Shown here: positions 26,153 through 35,302 of the stretch, piece after piece | How the letters are laid out: each line of letters starts with the position of its first letter | Position numbering within the stretch: the stretch's first letter is position 1 | NCBI GenBank assembly: GCA_964432435.1 | Contig: CAYSNL010000004.1 | Span: 1-41,792 of the forward strand | Direction: 5' to 3' | Origin: Candidatus Woesearchaeota archaeon | GTDB taxonomy: Archaea > Nanobdellota > Nanobdellia > SCGC-AAA011-G17 > JACPIM01 | Length of the DNA: 41,792 bases | The notes under the pieces: model-generated | The model's database searches: none | What the model was told of the DNA's origin: nothing | What the model saw: the letters and a program-made list of their open reading frames with translations, nothing else | Made by a program: the position numbers and the translations under genes

Positions 26153-26452
26153 ATGGGATTTTGGGCATGGTTGTTGGGATATGAAAAAAAAGAGGATTTA
26201 GATGAAAACATCGGAAATATTCAACCTCAAAATTTAGATATTAACATAGAAAAGGCAGAACCTGAAATCGTTAAAAAACCACTATATAAACCAAGACCGA
26301 TGAGTAAAGAAGATATTGCCTTTGTCCAGGAGATGAATGTTAAGGCAAAAAGTCCAGATCCTAAAATAGTCCCTTTTATAGATAAAACTAATCCGAAGGA
26401 TATTGAGAGAATAACTAATGAATTAAAGGATAAATTGGCTAAAAGGAGATAA
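26153..26452 (+). CDS. Hypothetical protein (99 aa)
   Basis: Open ORF with codon usage like its neighbours; N-terminal GFWAWLLG then a charged, Pro-rich body. Confidence 0.6.
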   Translation: MGFWAWLLGYEKKEDLDENIGNIQPQNLDINIEKAEPEIVKKPLYKPRPMSKEDIAFVQEMNVKAKSPDPKIVPFIDKTNPKDIERITNELKDKLAKRR

Positions 26453-26573
26453 TTTCTATTCTGTTTTCTACATATCAGAGAATATTAGAAAAGCTAAAAG
26501 CTTAAAAATAGATTTTAGGGTTTTTATTTAAAAATTAAAGATATAACATAAGCTGACTAATTAGGACCTAAAG

Positions 26574-27761
26574 ATGAAAAAAATAATTTTAATGTATGAC
26601 TTTTTATCTGAGTTTGGTGGTTTAGAAAGGATGATGTTTATACATGCTAATTGGTTAAGTGATAGTTATCAATCAGCTTTAGCTTTTGCTTCAGTTAATA
26701 AAAAAACAGAAGAAACATTAAGAAAAGATTTTGACTTAAAAAACAACATACCAATAATGGAGTTTTCTAAATTAAAATTTAGTGAAATTTTCAAGATATT
26801 ATCTTTGATTTTTAGTAAAAAAGAAGTATTAAAACAAAAACCAGACTCATTAATTAGTTATAGTTTTTTGTGTTCATACTTATGCTACTTAATAAAGAAA
26901 AAATATAAAATACCCTATTCTATAGTGTTATGTCATCCACCAAACTTCTTGTATTTTGATAGTCTAAAAGATAGGATAGCCTACACCAATAATCTAAAAA
27001 GGGCAATTGCGGTAATCTTAGGTTTATTATTTAATCCAATATTAAAAAGAATGGATGTAAAGGCGATCAAAAATGCAGATCTTGTTTTCCCTATCAGCGA
27101 TTATACAAGAAAAAGGGCGATAAAAATTTATGGAAATAGAGATTATACCATATTATACCCACCATTAGCTGACATTTTTAAAGTTAAAAATAAAGAAAAT
27201 TTAAGACACATTAGAGAAAAATATGCTTTAAAAAAACCATTTATTTATGCTGCTGGTCGTATAATCCCAGATAAAAAGTTCGAATGGGTAGTAGAAGCCT
27301 TTGACAGATTACAAGATAAAAACTATGATTTGGTAATCTCGGGTATGATATCAGAGAGTTATAAATCTAAATTGTTAGAACTAATAAAAAAATTAAACCT
27401 AGAAGATAGAGCGAGAATATTGGGGCCAATACCAAAGGAAGATTTAATTGCATTATATAATTTGGCTTCGGTTTTTGTTTTGTCAGCACCAAAGGAGGAT
27501 TTTGGTTTAACACCTATCGAGTCTATTGCTTGTGGAACACCAGTTGCTGCATGGAATGATAATGCGGGTCCAAATGAAACAATAACAAACAATATAACGG
27601 GTTTGTTTGCAAAACCCTATGATGTTGATAATTTAACAAGTGTTATATTAAAAACAGCAGAATTAAAGAAAAACAATAAAAATTTTGAAGAACATATTAA
27701 AAAATTCAGGACAGAATCGGTAAAAAGAATATTACTTGCTTCATTAAAATGGGAGATTTAG
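26574..27761 (+). CDS. Family 4 (GT-B) glycosyltransferase
   Basis: GGLERMM, AGRIIPDKKFE and EDFGLTPIESIACGTPV (E-x7-E) motifs. Confidence 0.92.
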   Translation: MKKIILMYDFLSEFGGLERMMFIHANWLSDSYQSALAFASVNKKTEETLRKDFDLKNNIPIMEFSKLKFSEIFKILSLIFSKKEVLKQKPDSLISYSFLCSYLCYLIKKKYKIPYSIVLCHPPNFLYFDSLKDRIAYTNNLKRAIAVILGLLFNPILKRMDVKAIKNADLVFPISDYTRKRAIKIYGNRDYTILYPPLADIFKVKNKENLRHIREKYALKKPFIYAAGRIIPDKKFEWVVEAFDRLQDKNYDLVISGMISESYKSKLLELIKKLNLEDRARILGPIPKEDLIALYNLASVFVLSAPKEDFGLTPIESIACGTPVAAWNDNAGPNETITNNITGLFAKPYDVDNLTSVILKTAELKKNNKNFEEHIKKFRTESVKRILLASLKWEI

Positions 27762-27859
27762 TATTGTTCGCTTTAATAACACTTGCTTAATAGAGGGTAT
27801 TTTCATCCTATTCTAGAGTTACATAAAATTTATAATACTAATTTTATTGCTGATTCTAC

Positions 27860-28810
27860 ATGACAAGGGCCTTAATCACTGGAATTACTGGTTTTGTTGG
27901 AAGTCACTTATCTGAATTATTATTATCTAAGGGTATTGAAGTTTATGGTACTGTTAGACATAGAAGTAACTTAAGTAATATTAAACACATTTTAAAAGAT
28001 ATTAAATTGATAGAGGCGGATATAACAGATTTGGCCTCTGTAAGAAGTGCACTTAACACATCTAAACCAGATTATGTGTTTCATTTAGCAGCACAAAGTT
28101 ATGTACCACAAAGCTGGAGTGCACCTCATCATACTTTAACTAATAATATTTTAGGAACTTGTAATATTTTAGAAGCTATAAGAGACTATCCAGATACTAT
28201 AATTCATATAGCTGGCTCTTCTGAGGAATATGGTTTTGTGAAAGAGGAGGAAGTTCCAATAAAAGAAACTAATCCACTGCGGCCGTTGAGTCCTTATGGT
28301 GTCAGTAAAGTAGCTTGTGATTTATTAAGTATGCAGTACTTTAAATCTTATGGAACAAAAGTTATAGTTACTAGAGCTTTTAATCATTCTGGTCCAAGAA
28401 GAACAGATGTGTTTGTTGATAGCAATTTTGCTAAACAAATTGTTGAAATTGAAAAAGGACTTAAAGAACCAATTATATATGTTGGGAATTTAGATGCCCA
28501 AAGAGATTTTAGTGATGTTAGAGACATTGTAAAAGCTTATTTATTAGCTGTTGAAAAAGGAATTCCCGGTGAGGTATACAATATCTGTTCTGGAAAAGGT
28601 ATAGTTATTAAAGAAATGTTAAACAAATTGATTGAGTTGGGTGGAGTAAAAGTTGAAATAAAACAAGATCCTAAAAGAATGAGACCATCGGATGTTCTAG
28701 TATTAAGAGGAGATTATAACAAATTCAAGAAACAAACTGGATGGGAACCAGTAATAGAATATGAACAAACCTTGAAGGATATGTTAGAGTATTGGAGAAA
28801 AAATATCTAA
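27860..28810 (+). CDS. GDP-mannose 4,6-dehydratase / GDP-6-deoxy-4-keto-hexose reductase (Rmd-like) extended SDR
   Basis: LITGITGFVG, HLAAQS, GSSEEYG, SPYGVSK, RAFNH.GPRR, GNLDAQRDFSDVRD and RPSD motifs. Confidence 0.88.
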   Translation: MTRALITGITGFVGSHLSELLLSKGIEVYGTVRHRSNLSNIKHILKDIKLIEADITDLASVRSALNTSKPDYVFHLAAQSYVPQSWSAPHHTLTNNILGTCNILEAIRDYPDTIIHIAGSSEEYGFVKEEEVPIKETNPLRPLSPYGVSKVACDLLSMQYFKSYGTKVIVTRAFNHSGPRRTDVFVDSNFAKQIVEIEKGLKEPIIYVGNLDAQRDFSDVRDIVKAYLLAVEKGIPGEVYNICSGKGIVIKEMLNKLIELGGVKVEIKQDPKRMRPSDVLVLRGDYNKFKKQTGWEPVIEYEQTLKDMLEYWRKNI

Positions 28811-28814
28811 TTCT

Positions 28815-28858
28815 GATTAAGACTTAAAAACAAAATAAAAAAGAAAAAGAACAGCTGT
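28815..28858 (-). terminator. T-rich terminator downstream of the S-layer gene
   Basis: The minus strand reads ...CTGTTCTTTTTCTTTTTTATTTTGTTTTT directly after the S-layer stop. Confidence 0.5.
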
Positions 28859-31150
28859 TTAAGCTGTTACAGCGGCAACTACAGGTTCATTTATTGTACC
28901 TGTAACCTTAACTTCCTTTCCACTTAGTTTACCTGCGTAGTTTTCGTAGTTTGCAAGTACTTTAGCTGCCATTCTTGTTTCTGTTGCTTCATAACCTGCT
29001 ACTAATAATGCTACATGTTCTCCATTCTTAGCCATTTGAATAATAGCTTCTCCTGGAGATAACTGTTGCCTTGCACTTTCACAAGTCATTAGACCTGCTG
29101 CAGCAACTGCATTGTTAGCACATGGTCCACCAACTAAGATTAAATCGTAGTTAGCTTCTGAACCAGAAACTTCTGTATCTAGTCTTGTGTTGATTGAAAT
29201 ATCTGCAGGTATGTATGAAACTGCACCACCAGATACTTTTGTTGTTGGTCCTTTAACTACAACGTTAGCTTGGACTTCATCAGATGGTATTAACAATACA
29301 ACCTGGTCTGAAGCACCATTTGACTTAGGGTCTTTTATAATAATGCCATAAGAGGTTCTATGGTCTTCATCTTTACTACCAATGTTATGATGTGTTGTTG
29401 CTAACAATCTATTAAACCAAGTTACTTCGCTTACTTCTTCAGTAGAAGCTGTAGCACCTAATGATGTTACTAAATCACTAGCCAAGGTCCAGTTTGTTCT
29501 GATTACATCTTCCTCATTACCTAATTCTGATGATGAATCACCTGTAGTGTTCACTACTATTTGTACCTTGTTCTGGTCTAAATCTATAGTTGAAACGTTA
29601 CTTAAGCTAAAGATGACATTACTTTGCTTAGTGTCTCCAAAGTTAAGTTCTGCAAATTTAGCTGATCCTAACAAATCTGGTGTAATGTTTCCTGCATAAA
29701 CTACATTTGGGTTCTTATTTGAGTCTTTGTAGAAAAGCATAGCGCTTTTCTCATTTTTAACATCAACATAGAACTGTAACCAGATCTGACTTGTTTTAGC
29801 GTCTGACGGACTATTTGAAGAATTTGTGAAATTAAGGTCAGCTGTTTTGATCACAAATCTATCTGTTCCTGGGGCACTAATATCTATTACTTTAGCACTT
29901 GTTAAACTACCTAGTGCTCCAGATTTAGCAGTATCAATACTAGACGAATACTTCATGGTTACTTCCAAATAATCGTTGTCAGGCACAGTTAAGCTATCTA
30001 AACAAAGAGATACATATTCATTTGGTAGATCATAACATTCTCCAATACCTGGCGGATTATCTGTATCATCGTCTTTTGTAAATGCATTTTGAATACCTAG
30101 TGTAGGACCTGCTGGCGATTGTTGTGGAAATTCAGATTGTGTAGAGTTTATAGTTGTTGATGCGTCGGCTCTTAAATTAGCTATTGTCCATTCCCAATCT
30201 GGATCGTTTTCATCTTCTCCAACATAAGCATCTCCATCTTCATAAGTGGCTTGTGAATCTTCACCAATTATTAATGATGCTGATCTTTCTGACATTTCAT
30301 TTGTGTAGAAAGTATCATCATTGCTTATTTCAATGCCATTAACAGTTCTAGTGGATCCTGACGAAATAGTTTCTCTTGTTCCATCAACATCTACTAAAAT
30401 AGAACCACCTTCACCTACATTTTGCAAGGTAATTTTTTTACCATTAACTGTAACTACATCACCTACGTCCATGAAATACTCGCCACCTACATAAGCTGTA
30501 AACTTTGTGGCTGAGCCAACACTTGTAATTTTTAAAGTTTTTCCAAGAAACTTTAGTTCTAATGGATCTGATGCTGTTGCTTTAGATACGTTTATTTTGT
30601 CATCAAACGCATAGTAATACTTAATTCCTTTTGATACTGCTTCTAAGAATACATTACTTTCATAGTCATCATCTCCACTTGTAAGACTCGTTTCTACTGA
30701 TGGTGATGCTTTAGATAAAACTAACTCATCATGCATATCATAGTCTTTACCTTGGAAATTTATTTGTGTGTCTTGAAAACTTTCTATGTCTGTATCATCT
30801 AGGCTCCAATCAAAACCAAAGCCTGTTGTATTAGCAATAGCTTTGCCTAGTGGAATATCTTCTGTTACTCCACCTGAGACTTGTAACCCACCACCACCAG
30901 ATGTTACTGGAGTTTTTGCATCAAATTGTAGTTTTGTAGCAATGTTTACCGCTCCTAATGTATCAGAAGCTGCTGCATTTGCACCAACTACTATTGTTGT
31001 TGCGTCATTAAAAACTCCCTCTTTGCTGATAAATGGCTGTGGGTAAGTTGCTAAGTCTTGAGCTACTGCACCAGCCATTGTTGCACCTAACATTGCAACA
31101 CCTGCGCCGATAGCGGCCATTCTTTTAATGGCTTTTCTAAATCTTTGCAT
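28859..31150 (-). CDS. S-layer protein (Methanococcales-type S_layer_N/S_layer_C architecture)
   Basis: Signal with basic N-region KAIKRMAAI; N-terminal DLATYPQPF..IVVGANAAASD; C-terminal LILVGGPCAN..ALLVAGY...T..AA.VL; several N-x-S/T sequons; strong SD GGAGGTG at 31159-31165. Confidence 0.92.
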   Translation of the reverse strand: MQRFRKAIKRMAAIGAGVAMLGATMAGAVAQDLATYPQPFISKEGVFNDATTIVVGANAAASDTLGAVNIATKLQFDAKTPVTSGGGGLQVSGGVTEDIPLGKAIANTTGFGFDWSLDDTDIESFQDTQINFQGKDYDMHDELVLSKASPSVETSLTSGDDDYESNVFLEAVSKGIKYYYAFDDKINVSKATASDPLELKFLGKTLKITSVGSATKFTAYVGGEYFMDVGDVVTVNGKKITLQNVGEGGSILVDVDGTRETISSGSTRTVNGIEISNDDTFYTNEMSERSASLIIGEDSQATYEDGDAYVGEDENDPDWEWTIANLRADASTTINSTQSEFPQQSPAGPTLGIQNAFTKDDDTDNPPGIGECYDLPNEYVSLCLDSLTVPDNDYLEVTMKYSSSIDTAKSGALGSLTSAKVIDISAPGTDRFVIKTADLNFTNSSNSPSDAKTSQIWLQFYVDVKNEKSAMLFYKDSNKNPNVVYAGNITPDLLGSAKFAELNFGDTKQSNVIFSLSNVSTIDLDQNKVQIVVNTTGDSSSELGNEEDVIRTNWTLASDLVTSLGATASTEEVSEVTWFNRLLATTHHNIGSKDEDHRTSYGIIIKDPKSNGASDQVVLLIPSDEVQANVVVKGPTTKVSGGAVSYIPADISINTRLDTEVSGSEANYDLILVGGPCANNAVAAAGLMTCESARQQLSPGEAIIQMAKNGEHVALLVAGYEATETRMAAKVLANYENYAGKLSGKEVKVTGTINEPVVAAVTA

Positions 31151-31263
31151 TTATAAAACACCTCCGTGTTTTTTCCTGTTAATATCAGGATTATACCTTC
31201 TTGTTTTTTTAATAATCCTATTTTATAATAGGTTAAAATTATAGAGTTTTAGGTTGTTATGGC

Positions 31264-31271
31264 TTTATAAA
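31264..31271 (-). promoter_or_regulatory. Putative TATA box of the S-layer gene (implies a ~90-nt leader)
   Basis: TTTATAAA with a purine-rich upstream segment. The SD at 31159-31165 shows the transcript is leadered. Confidence 0.45.
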
Positions 31272-31492
31272 TATTTCTGCTCTCTACACTATATTTGTAT
31301 TAGAAATTTGTTATTTTAAAGTGGTTAGGAATGAAATTAAAGGCTTTATTCGTAATTATCTAGTTGTAGTGAAAAAAATAAAGTATATAAATATTACTGG
31401 TATAGAAAATATATGTTAAATTGGCACTATCAATAAATCCGTCAGTTGAATAGAGCTGTCGTATTATCGTTAGTTGGGCTATTCTTTCTATT

Positions 31493-31792
31493 TTATCTAA
31501 AAATGCCTCTTTTTAAAGTACATTCATTTAATGCTTCTTTAGGAAATAAAAAAACATTGCTTGGATTTGAATAACAACTAAACCCATTATTATCAAAAAC
31601 GGTGTATAGTAAATTGTTTGGGTCTAATTCTTTACAATACTTATTTCCTACCTCCTCTAAACAACGAGTATCTATCCCATCTTTTTCATAATGATAATAA
31701 TAGTATCCTATAACTAAAAAAGCAATAAATCCTATTAATAAAAACCATATAATTTTTGGGATAGGTTCAGTATTAATATACCCTTCATTCAT
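31493..31792 (-). CDS. Single-pass membrane protein with a small Cys-containing domain
   Basis: One TM helix then C-x7-C..C..C. The ATG at 31792 overlaps the TGA of the methyltransferase (ATGA coupling). Confidence 0.65.
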   Translation of the reverse strand: MNEGYINTEPIPKIIWFLLIGFIAFLVIGYYYYHYEKDGIDTRCLEEVGNKYCKELDPNNLLYTVFDNNGFSCYSNPSNVFLFPKEALNECTLKRGIFR

Positions 31793-32556
31793 TTTTTTCT
31801 CCCTATAATAGTCCATGAATTATTATTTACTCTATAAATCTCTATATCTTTTAATTTATTATTATTAAATATCTCTAAAACTTCTTCTTTTGTCCAATAA
31901 TTTGCAATTTTTGGTATTAATTGGTCTAATATAATATTATGAATCACCCAAAATCTAAACTTTGAAAGCTGGATAAAATACTCTTTTTGTTGCTTGATTA
32001 GATGAAGATAAGAATAAAGGATTATGGCCAATATGCCACTTAATACATTAACTAAAAATACAGGTAAACGAGAGGTAATTTTTCTTATTGGATTAACATA
32101 TCTTACAATCCATTCATTACCTTCATAGGCATAAACCCAGATTAAAACCAAGCCACCTTTTTTTGTTGCTTCAACTAGGGAATTTATTGCTCTTTCTGGG
32201 TATTCTAGATGTTGTATGACTCCTATAGCAATAGAAATATCAAATTCTTCTTTATAAGTCAGGTCATAAATTGAGTTATATCCAACACTGCAGGTTTTAA
32301 AATCATGTAAATTATTCTTTGCTATATTTACTGTATTTTTATCATAATCAAAAGCAACTACTTTTTTAGCACCATATTTTAATATCCAATAAGTATTTCT
32401 TCCATTCCCACAACCTGCATCTAAGATTGTTTTATTAATAAAATCTTTCTTAGCTAATGGATATACCCATTTATTAAATTGTTCTTCATGTTCTGGCATG
32501 ATGGAATTAAATTTACTCCATTGCTTCCCAAATCTATCAGACGAACCCTTATCTAT
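31789..32556 (-). CDS. Class I SAM-dependent methyltransferase (start uncertain: ATG 32499 or ATA 32556)
   Basis: ILDAGCGNGR, VVAFD, FDISIAIGVIQHL and KGG.VLIWVY motifs. The frame stays open upstream of 32499 (DKGSSDRFGKQWSKF). Confidence 0.85.
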   Translation of the reverse strand: MDKGSSDRFGKQWSKFNSIMPEHEEQFNKWVYPLAKKDFINKTILDAGCGNGRNTYWILKYGAKKVVAFDYDKNTVNIAKNNLHDFKTCSVGYNSIYDLTYKEEFDISIAIGVIQHLEYPERAINSLVEATKKGGLVLIWVYAYEGNEWIVRYVNPIRKITSRLPVFLVNVLSGILAIILYSYLHLIKQQKEYFIQLSKFRFWVIHNIILDQLIPKIANYWTKEEVLEIFNNNKLKDIEIYRVNNNSWTIIGRKK

Positions 32557-32747
32557 TTTATTAACAATAAAGACATCACCCCTAGTATTGTTGAAAACAA
32601 AAAAATAAAAATGATTGGAAAAAGCTCTAAATTATTTTCATTTCCTTTTATTTTATCATAAATAATACAAATAAGGAGATATAAACTAGCTATGCTTAAG
32701 ATTCCTAAAAAAAATAATCCGTTTGTATTAGTAACGCTTCCTACCAT
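32553..32747 (-). CDS. Small two-TM membrane protein (64 aa)
   Basis: Two hydrophobic helices; TAATG coupling with the upstream ORF. Confidence 0.55.
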   Translation of the reverse strand: MVGSVTNTNGLFFLGILSIASLYLLICIIYDKIKGNENNLELFPIIFIFLFSTILGVMSLLLIK

Positions 32748-32920
32748 TATGGACTCCCTATTATCTTATATTTAATTGGAACATTATAATTATACGATAT
32801 TATGATAGCAAATATAATATCAATAATTAACATCAAAACTAATAATAAATATATTTTCTTGTCTTCATTATTAAAGATGAAATATATTGACTTGCCTATT
32901 TTGTTAATTATTTTTTCCAT
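32747..32920 (-). CDS. Small single-TM membrane protein
   Basis: SD AAGGAGTG upstream of the ATG at 32920; one hydrophobic helix. Confidence 0.5.
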   Translation of the reverse strand: MEKIINKIGKSIYFIFNNEDKKIYLLLVLMLIIDIIFAIIISYNYNVPIKYKIIGSP

Positions 32921-32922
32921 TC

Positions 32923-33185
32923 TCAACACTCCTTTTTAATAATTCCGGCCATCTGATTCCCACCTAAACCTAGATCTACCTATGCCCTCTGTAAAAGAGT
33001 TAATCCGTTCAAAGTCATATTCTTCCTTATCACATTATTATGGATAATCTATAACCATCATTCCATTCTTGAGTAATTTCCATATTTCCAAATCCTTTTC
33101 TTGTTTTATCAAATTCTCTAAACTTATTATGGTATCTTTCTATGTTATTAGTATTAATCTCGTCTTTAAAACCTTTACTTTTTAA
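32923..33185 (-). pseudogene. Decayed C-terminal fragment of an IS6/IS240-like DDE transposase
   Basis: KGFKDEINTNNIERYHNKFREFDKTRKGF..GYRL, then after a frameshift near 33043 HNNVIRKNMTLNGLT..QRA*VDLGLG. This matches the NN.IER.H..F..R..RGF / HN.IR.H..L.G.TP..AG.DL pattern; in-frame TAG at 32982-32980. Confidence 0.7.
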
Positions 33186-33192
33186 ATAATCA

Positions 33193-33750
33193 TTAAATTG
33201 ATTCTTGTGGTTGTACACATAATGTAATTTTAGCTGTTATTTGTGGTGAAACACTAACTGTAGCTGAGCCTGTAATTGATGCTTGATTTAGTGATTCACA
33301 ATTTGTACTTGGGTTGTAGATTGGTAATGGATTAGTGCCATGAGCTGTAAATTCAAGCTTATATTTTTTATTTTGGAATGTTCTTCTTAATATATCCCTA
33401 ATAAAACTTGGTTTTGAATCACATAACTCCCCTTGTGAAGTTATCGGTTCGCAGCTAGATGGTCTTGCAGGTGAATCTTGGCAACAATTTTTCATAAATT
33501 TACATTGGTCAGACTCTATTTTAGCTGAATTATAGCATTCCACTATTTTTTTAGCTATTGTTGAACCATCTTCTGTATTTGATCTTAAAATAGCATTTAA
33601 CATATTGCTCGCTTGAATACTTTGCCTTTGTAATTCTACTGAGTCAGTTTTAGGCACTATGAGGAATTTTATAGCCATTAAAATAACAAATACTAGTATA
33701 AGGACTATTACCATAAGCCCTATTATCTCTATTTGGGCTTTTTTAGTCAA
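33193..33750 (-). CDS. Type IV pilin-like protein (class III signal peptide)
   Basis: MTKKA/QIEIIGLMVIVLIL.. followed by a Cys-rich head domain. Confidence 0.75.
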   Translation of the reverse strand: MTKKAQIEIIGLMVIVLILVFVILMAIKFLIVPKTDSVELQRQSIQASNMLNAILRSNTEDGSTIAKKIVECYNSAKIESDQCKFMKNCCQDSPARPSSCEPITSQGELCDSKPSFIRDILRRTFQNKKYKLEFTAHGTNPLPIYNPSTNCESLNQASITGSATVSVSPQITAKITLCVQPQESI

Positions 33751-34303
33751 GTTTAAACACCTCTATACTTAAAATGCCAATTTTATATTCGTTTTTTAAA
33801 GGATAATAGACTGAAATGGGGTTTTTTCTTACTTCTTTATTTGTATTTGATGAAGGAATACCTGGGTCATAGATTGTGAACTTTTGACACTTGTTGTCTG
33901 GATAATCATTACTAAAATGACTAGCTATGTCACCTATTGTACAATCTGTCTTTTTGTCTTCCTCTTTGACTGGCGGGTATATTATTTCTAAAATAACTTT
34001 TTTATCATTTCCAAAAAAACCACTATAATACTCTTTGTAATTTTGGTCGTTAGAATTTAAAATATTTGCCAAGGAGAATATCTTAATTGAGTTAATAACT
34101 CCTGTTTCATGAGTTAATTCTGCCATTGAAGAAACAGAATCAGTTAATATTATCGCATCTACATCTGTAAATCTTTCACCAGTTTCTTTTAATCCTTTAT
34201 TTAGGAAAGAATAATAAATAACCATCCCTATAAAGATTATTACTATTAGTATTAATAATACAAAAATCATTTCCATAAACTGGACTTGGGCTCTTTTTTT
34301 CAT
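33743..34303 (-). CDS. Type IV pilin-like protein (class III signal peptide)
   Basis: MKKRA/QVQFMEMIFVLLIL..; Cys pair in the head; C-terminal Y.IGILSIEV strand. Confidence 0.75.
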   Translation of the reverse strand: MKKRAQVQFMEMIFVLLILIVIIFIGMVIYYSFLNKGLKETGERFTDVDAIILTDSVSSMAELTHETGVINSIKIFSLANILNSNDQNYKEYYSGFFGNDKKVILEIIYPPVKEEDKKTDCTIGDIASHFSNDYPDNKCQKFTIYDPGIPSSNTNKEVRKNPISVYYPLKNEYKIGILSIEVFKLD

Positions 34304-35262
34304 ATTAACAACCTTGTAGTTTCAGTACCTTTATATAAAACAGGACAATTAGTTGTTTTTAGGGCTTCATTATCTGTTTTAATATTCTTGGCAGCATCTA
34401 TACTTTGGGTTGTGCTTAGAATTTTTAGTTGTTCTTCGAAATTATAGGAACTATCACAGCCTTCTGCTTTTTCTAGTCTTCCTAGGGTATCTTGGTAAAT
34501 TTCAACAATGTTGCTTATCCTTTGTTTTGCTAGTCCCTTAATGATACAGTTAAACTGATCGTAATCTGCTGAAAAAATAGCTGCATAAACCATTGTGTCA
34601 CCCCAAACTGGAAGTTCATTTCCTTGTTTAAATTTAACTTTTGGGTTTTCACTGTCTAAACCAATAAACTGAACTGTTTTAACATTATTCGGTAAATTTG
34701 CAGGCGGGTTGCTATCAAAATAAACTAATACTGTTTTATCTAAAAAATTTGGTAAAGCAGTGACCTTTTGTGGGTTAAATCTTTTTGGGAATTTATCAAA
34801 AAAATACTTAGGTAAATCTCCTGTTGGGTTAACAAAATAAAACCTGGTGTTTTGGTCTGCTACAAAGTATAGATTATCAATTTTAAATGGATAATTCCAG
34901 GCTAAAGTCCAAGCTTGAACTGATTTTCCTTCGATATCAAACGGCACGAAAATTAATTTTTTTGTTTCTCTTTTATCTTTTTCATTTTTTGGTATCTTTA
35001 AATAAATCTTTTTATCTGTATTATCGCACTCTATTCTAATCTTTGAGTCTTCTGAAAATTGGATTACTTTTTCTGAATTTGATGCTAGGGCGAAAGAAGC
35101 CAAGTTTTTTTCTAAAACCAATATGTTTTCTGTTTTTGTTAATTTTTCTGAAAAACCTAATAAATCCTTTCCAAAACTAAAAAAGAAAACCAAGATGATA
35201 GCACCAGCAATTATAGTAAACATAATAGTAAAAACAAAAATAGATACTCCTCTTTTTTCCAT
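34300..35262 (-). CDS. Large pilin-like protein (class III signal peptide)
   Basis: MEKRG/VSIFVFTIMFTIIAGAIILVFF; WTLAWNYPFKIDNLYF motif; C-terminal Cys cluster. Confidence 0.7.
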   Translation of the reverse strand: MEKRGVSIFVFTIMFTIIAGAIILVFFFSFGKDLLGFSEKLTKTENILVLEKNLASFALASNSEKVIQFSEDSKIRIECDNTDKKIYLKIPKNEKDKRETKKLIFVPFDIEGKSVQAWTLAWNYPFKIDNLYFVADQNTRFYFVNPTGDLPKYFFDKFPKRFNPQKVTALPNFLDKTVLVYFDSNPPANLPNNVKTVQFIGLDSENPKVKFKQGNELPVWGDTMVYAAIFSADYDQFNCIIKGLAKQRISNIVEIYQDTLGRLEKAEGCDSSYNFEEQLKILSTTQSIDAAKNIKTDNEALKTTNCPVLYKGTETTRLLI

Positions 35263-35285
35263 AAAATTAATATTGAATTAGAAAG

Positions 35286-35294
35286 TTTATATAA
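35286..35294 (-). promoter_or_regulatory. Putative internal TATA box for the 35262-33193 pilin genes
   Basis: TTATATAAA on the minus strand about 25-30 nt upstream of the ATG at 35262. Confidence 0.45.
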
Positions 35295-35302
35295 TTTTTT
35301 GT

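Noticed and set aside
25579-28810. Possible integrated element at the tRNA-Ser 3' end
   Set aside because: No integrase gene and no repeat of the tRNA 3' end (CCGGGTCGCGGC) was seen elsewhere in the window, so an att site cannot be supported.
31395-31492. Slightly GC-richer stretch with an open minus-strand frame (DKIERIAQLTIIRQLYSTDGF...)
   Set aside because: No start codon after the upstream in-frame stop, and no convincing RNA secondary structure.
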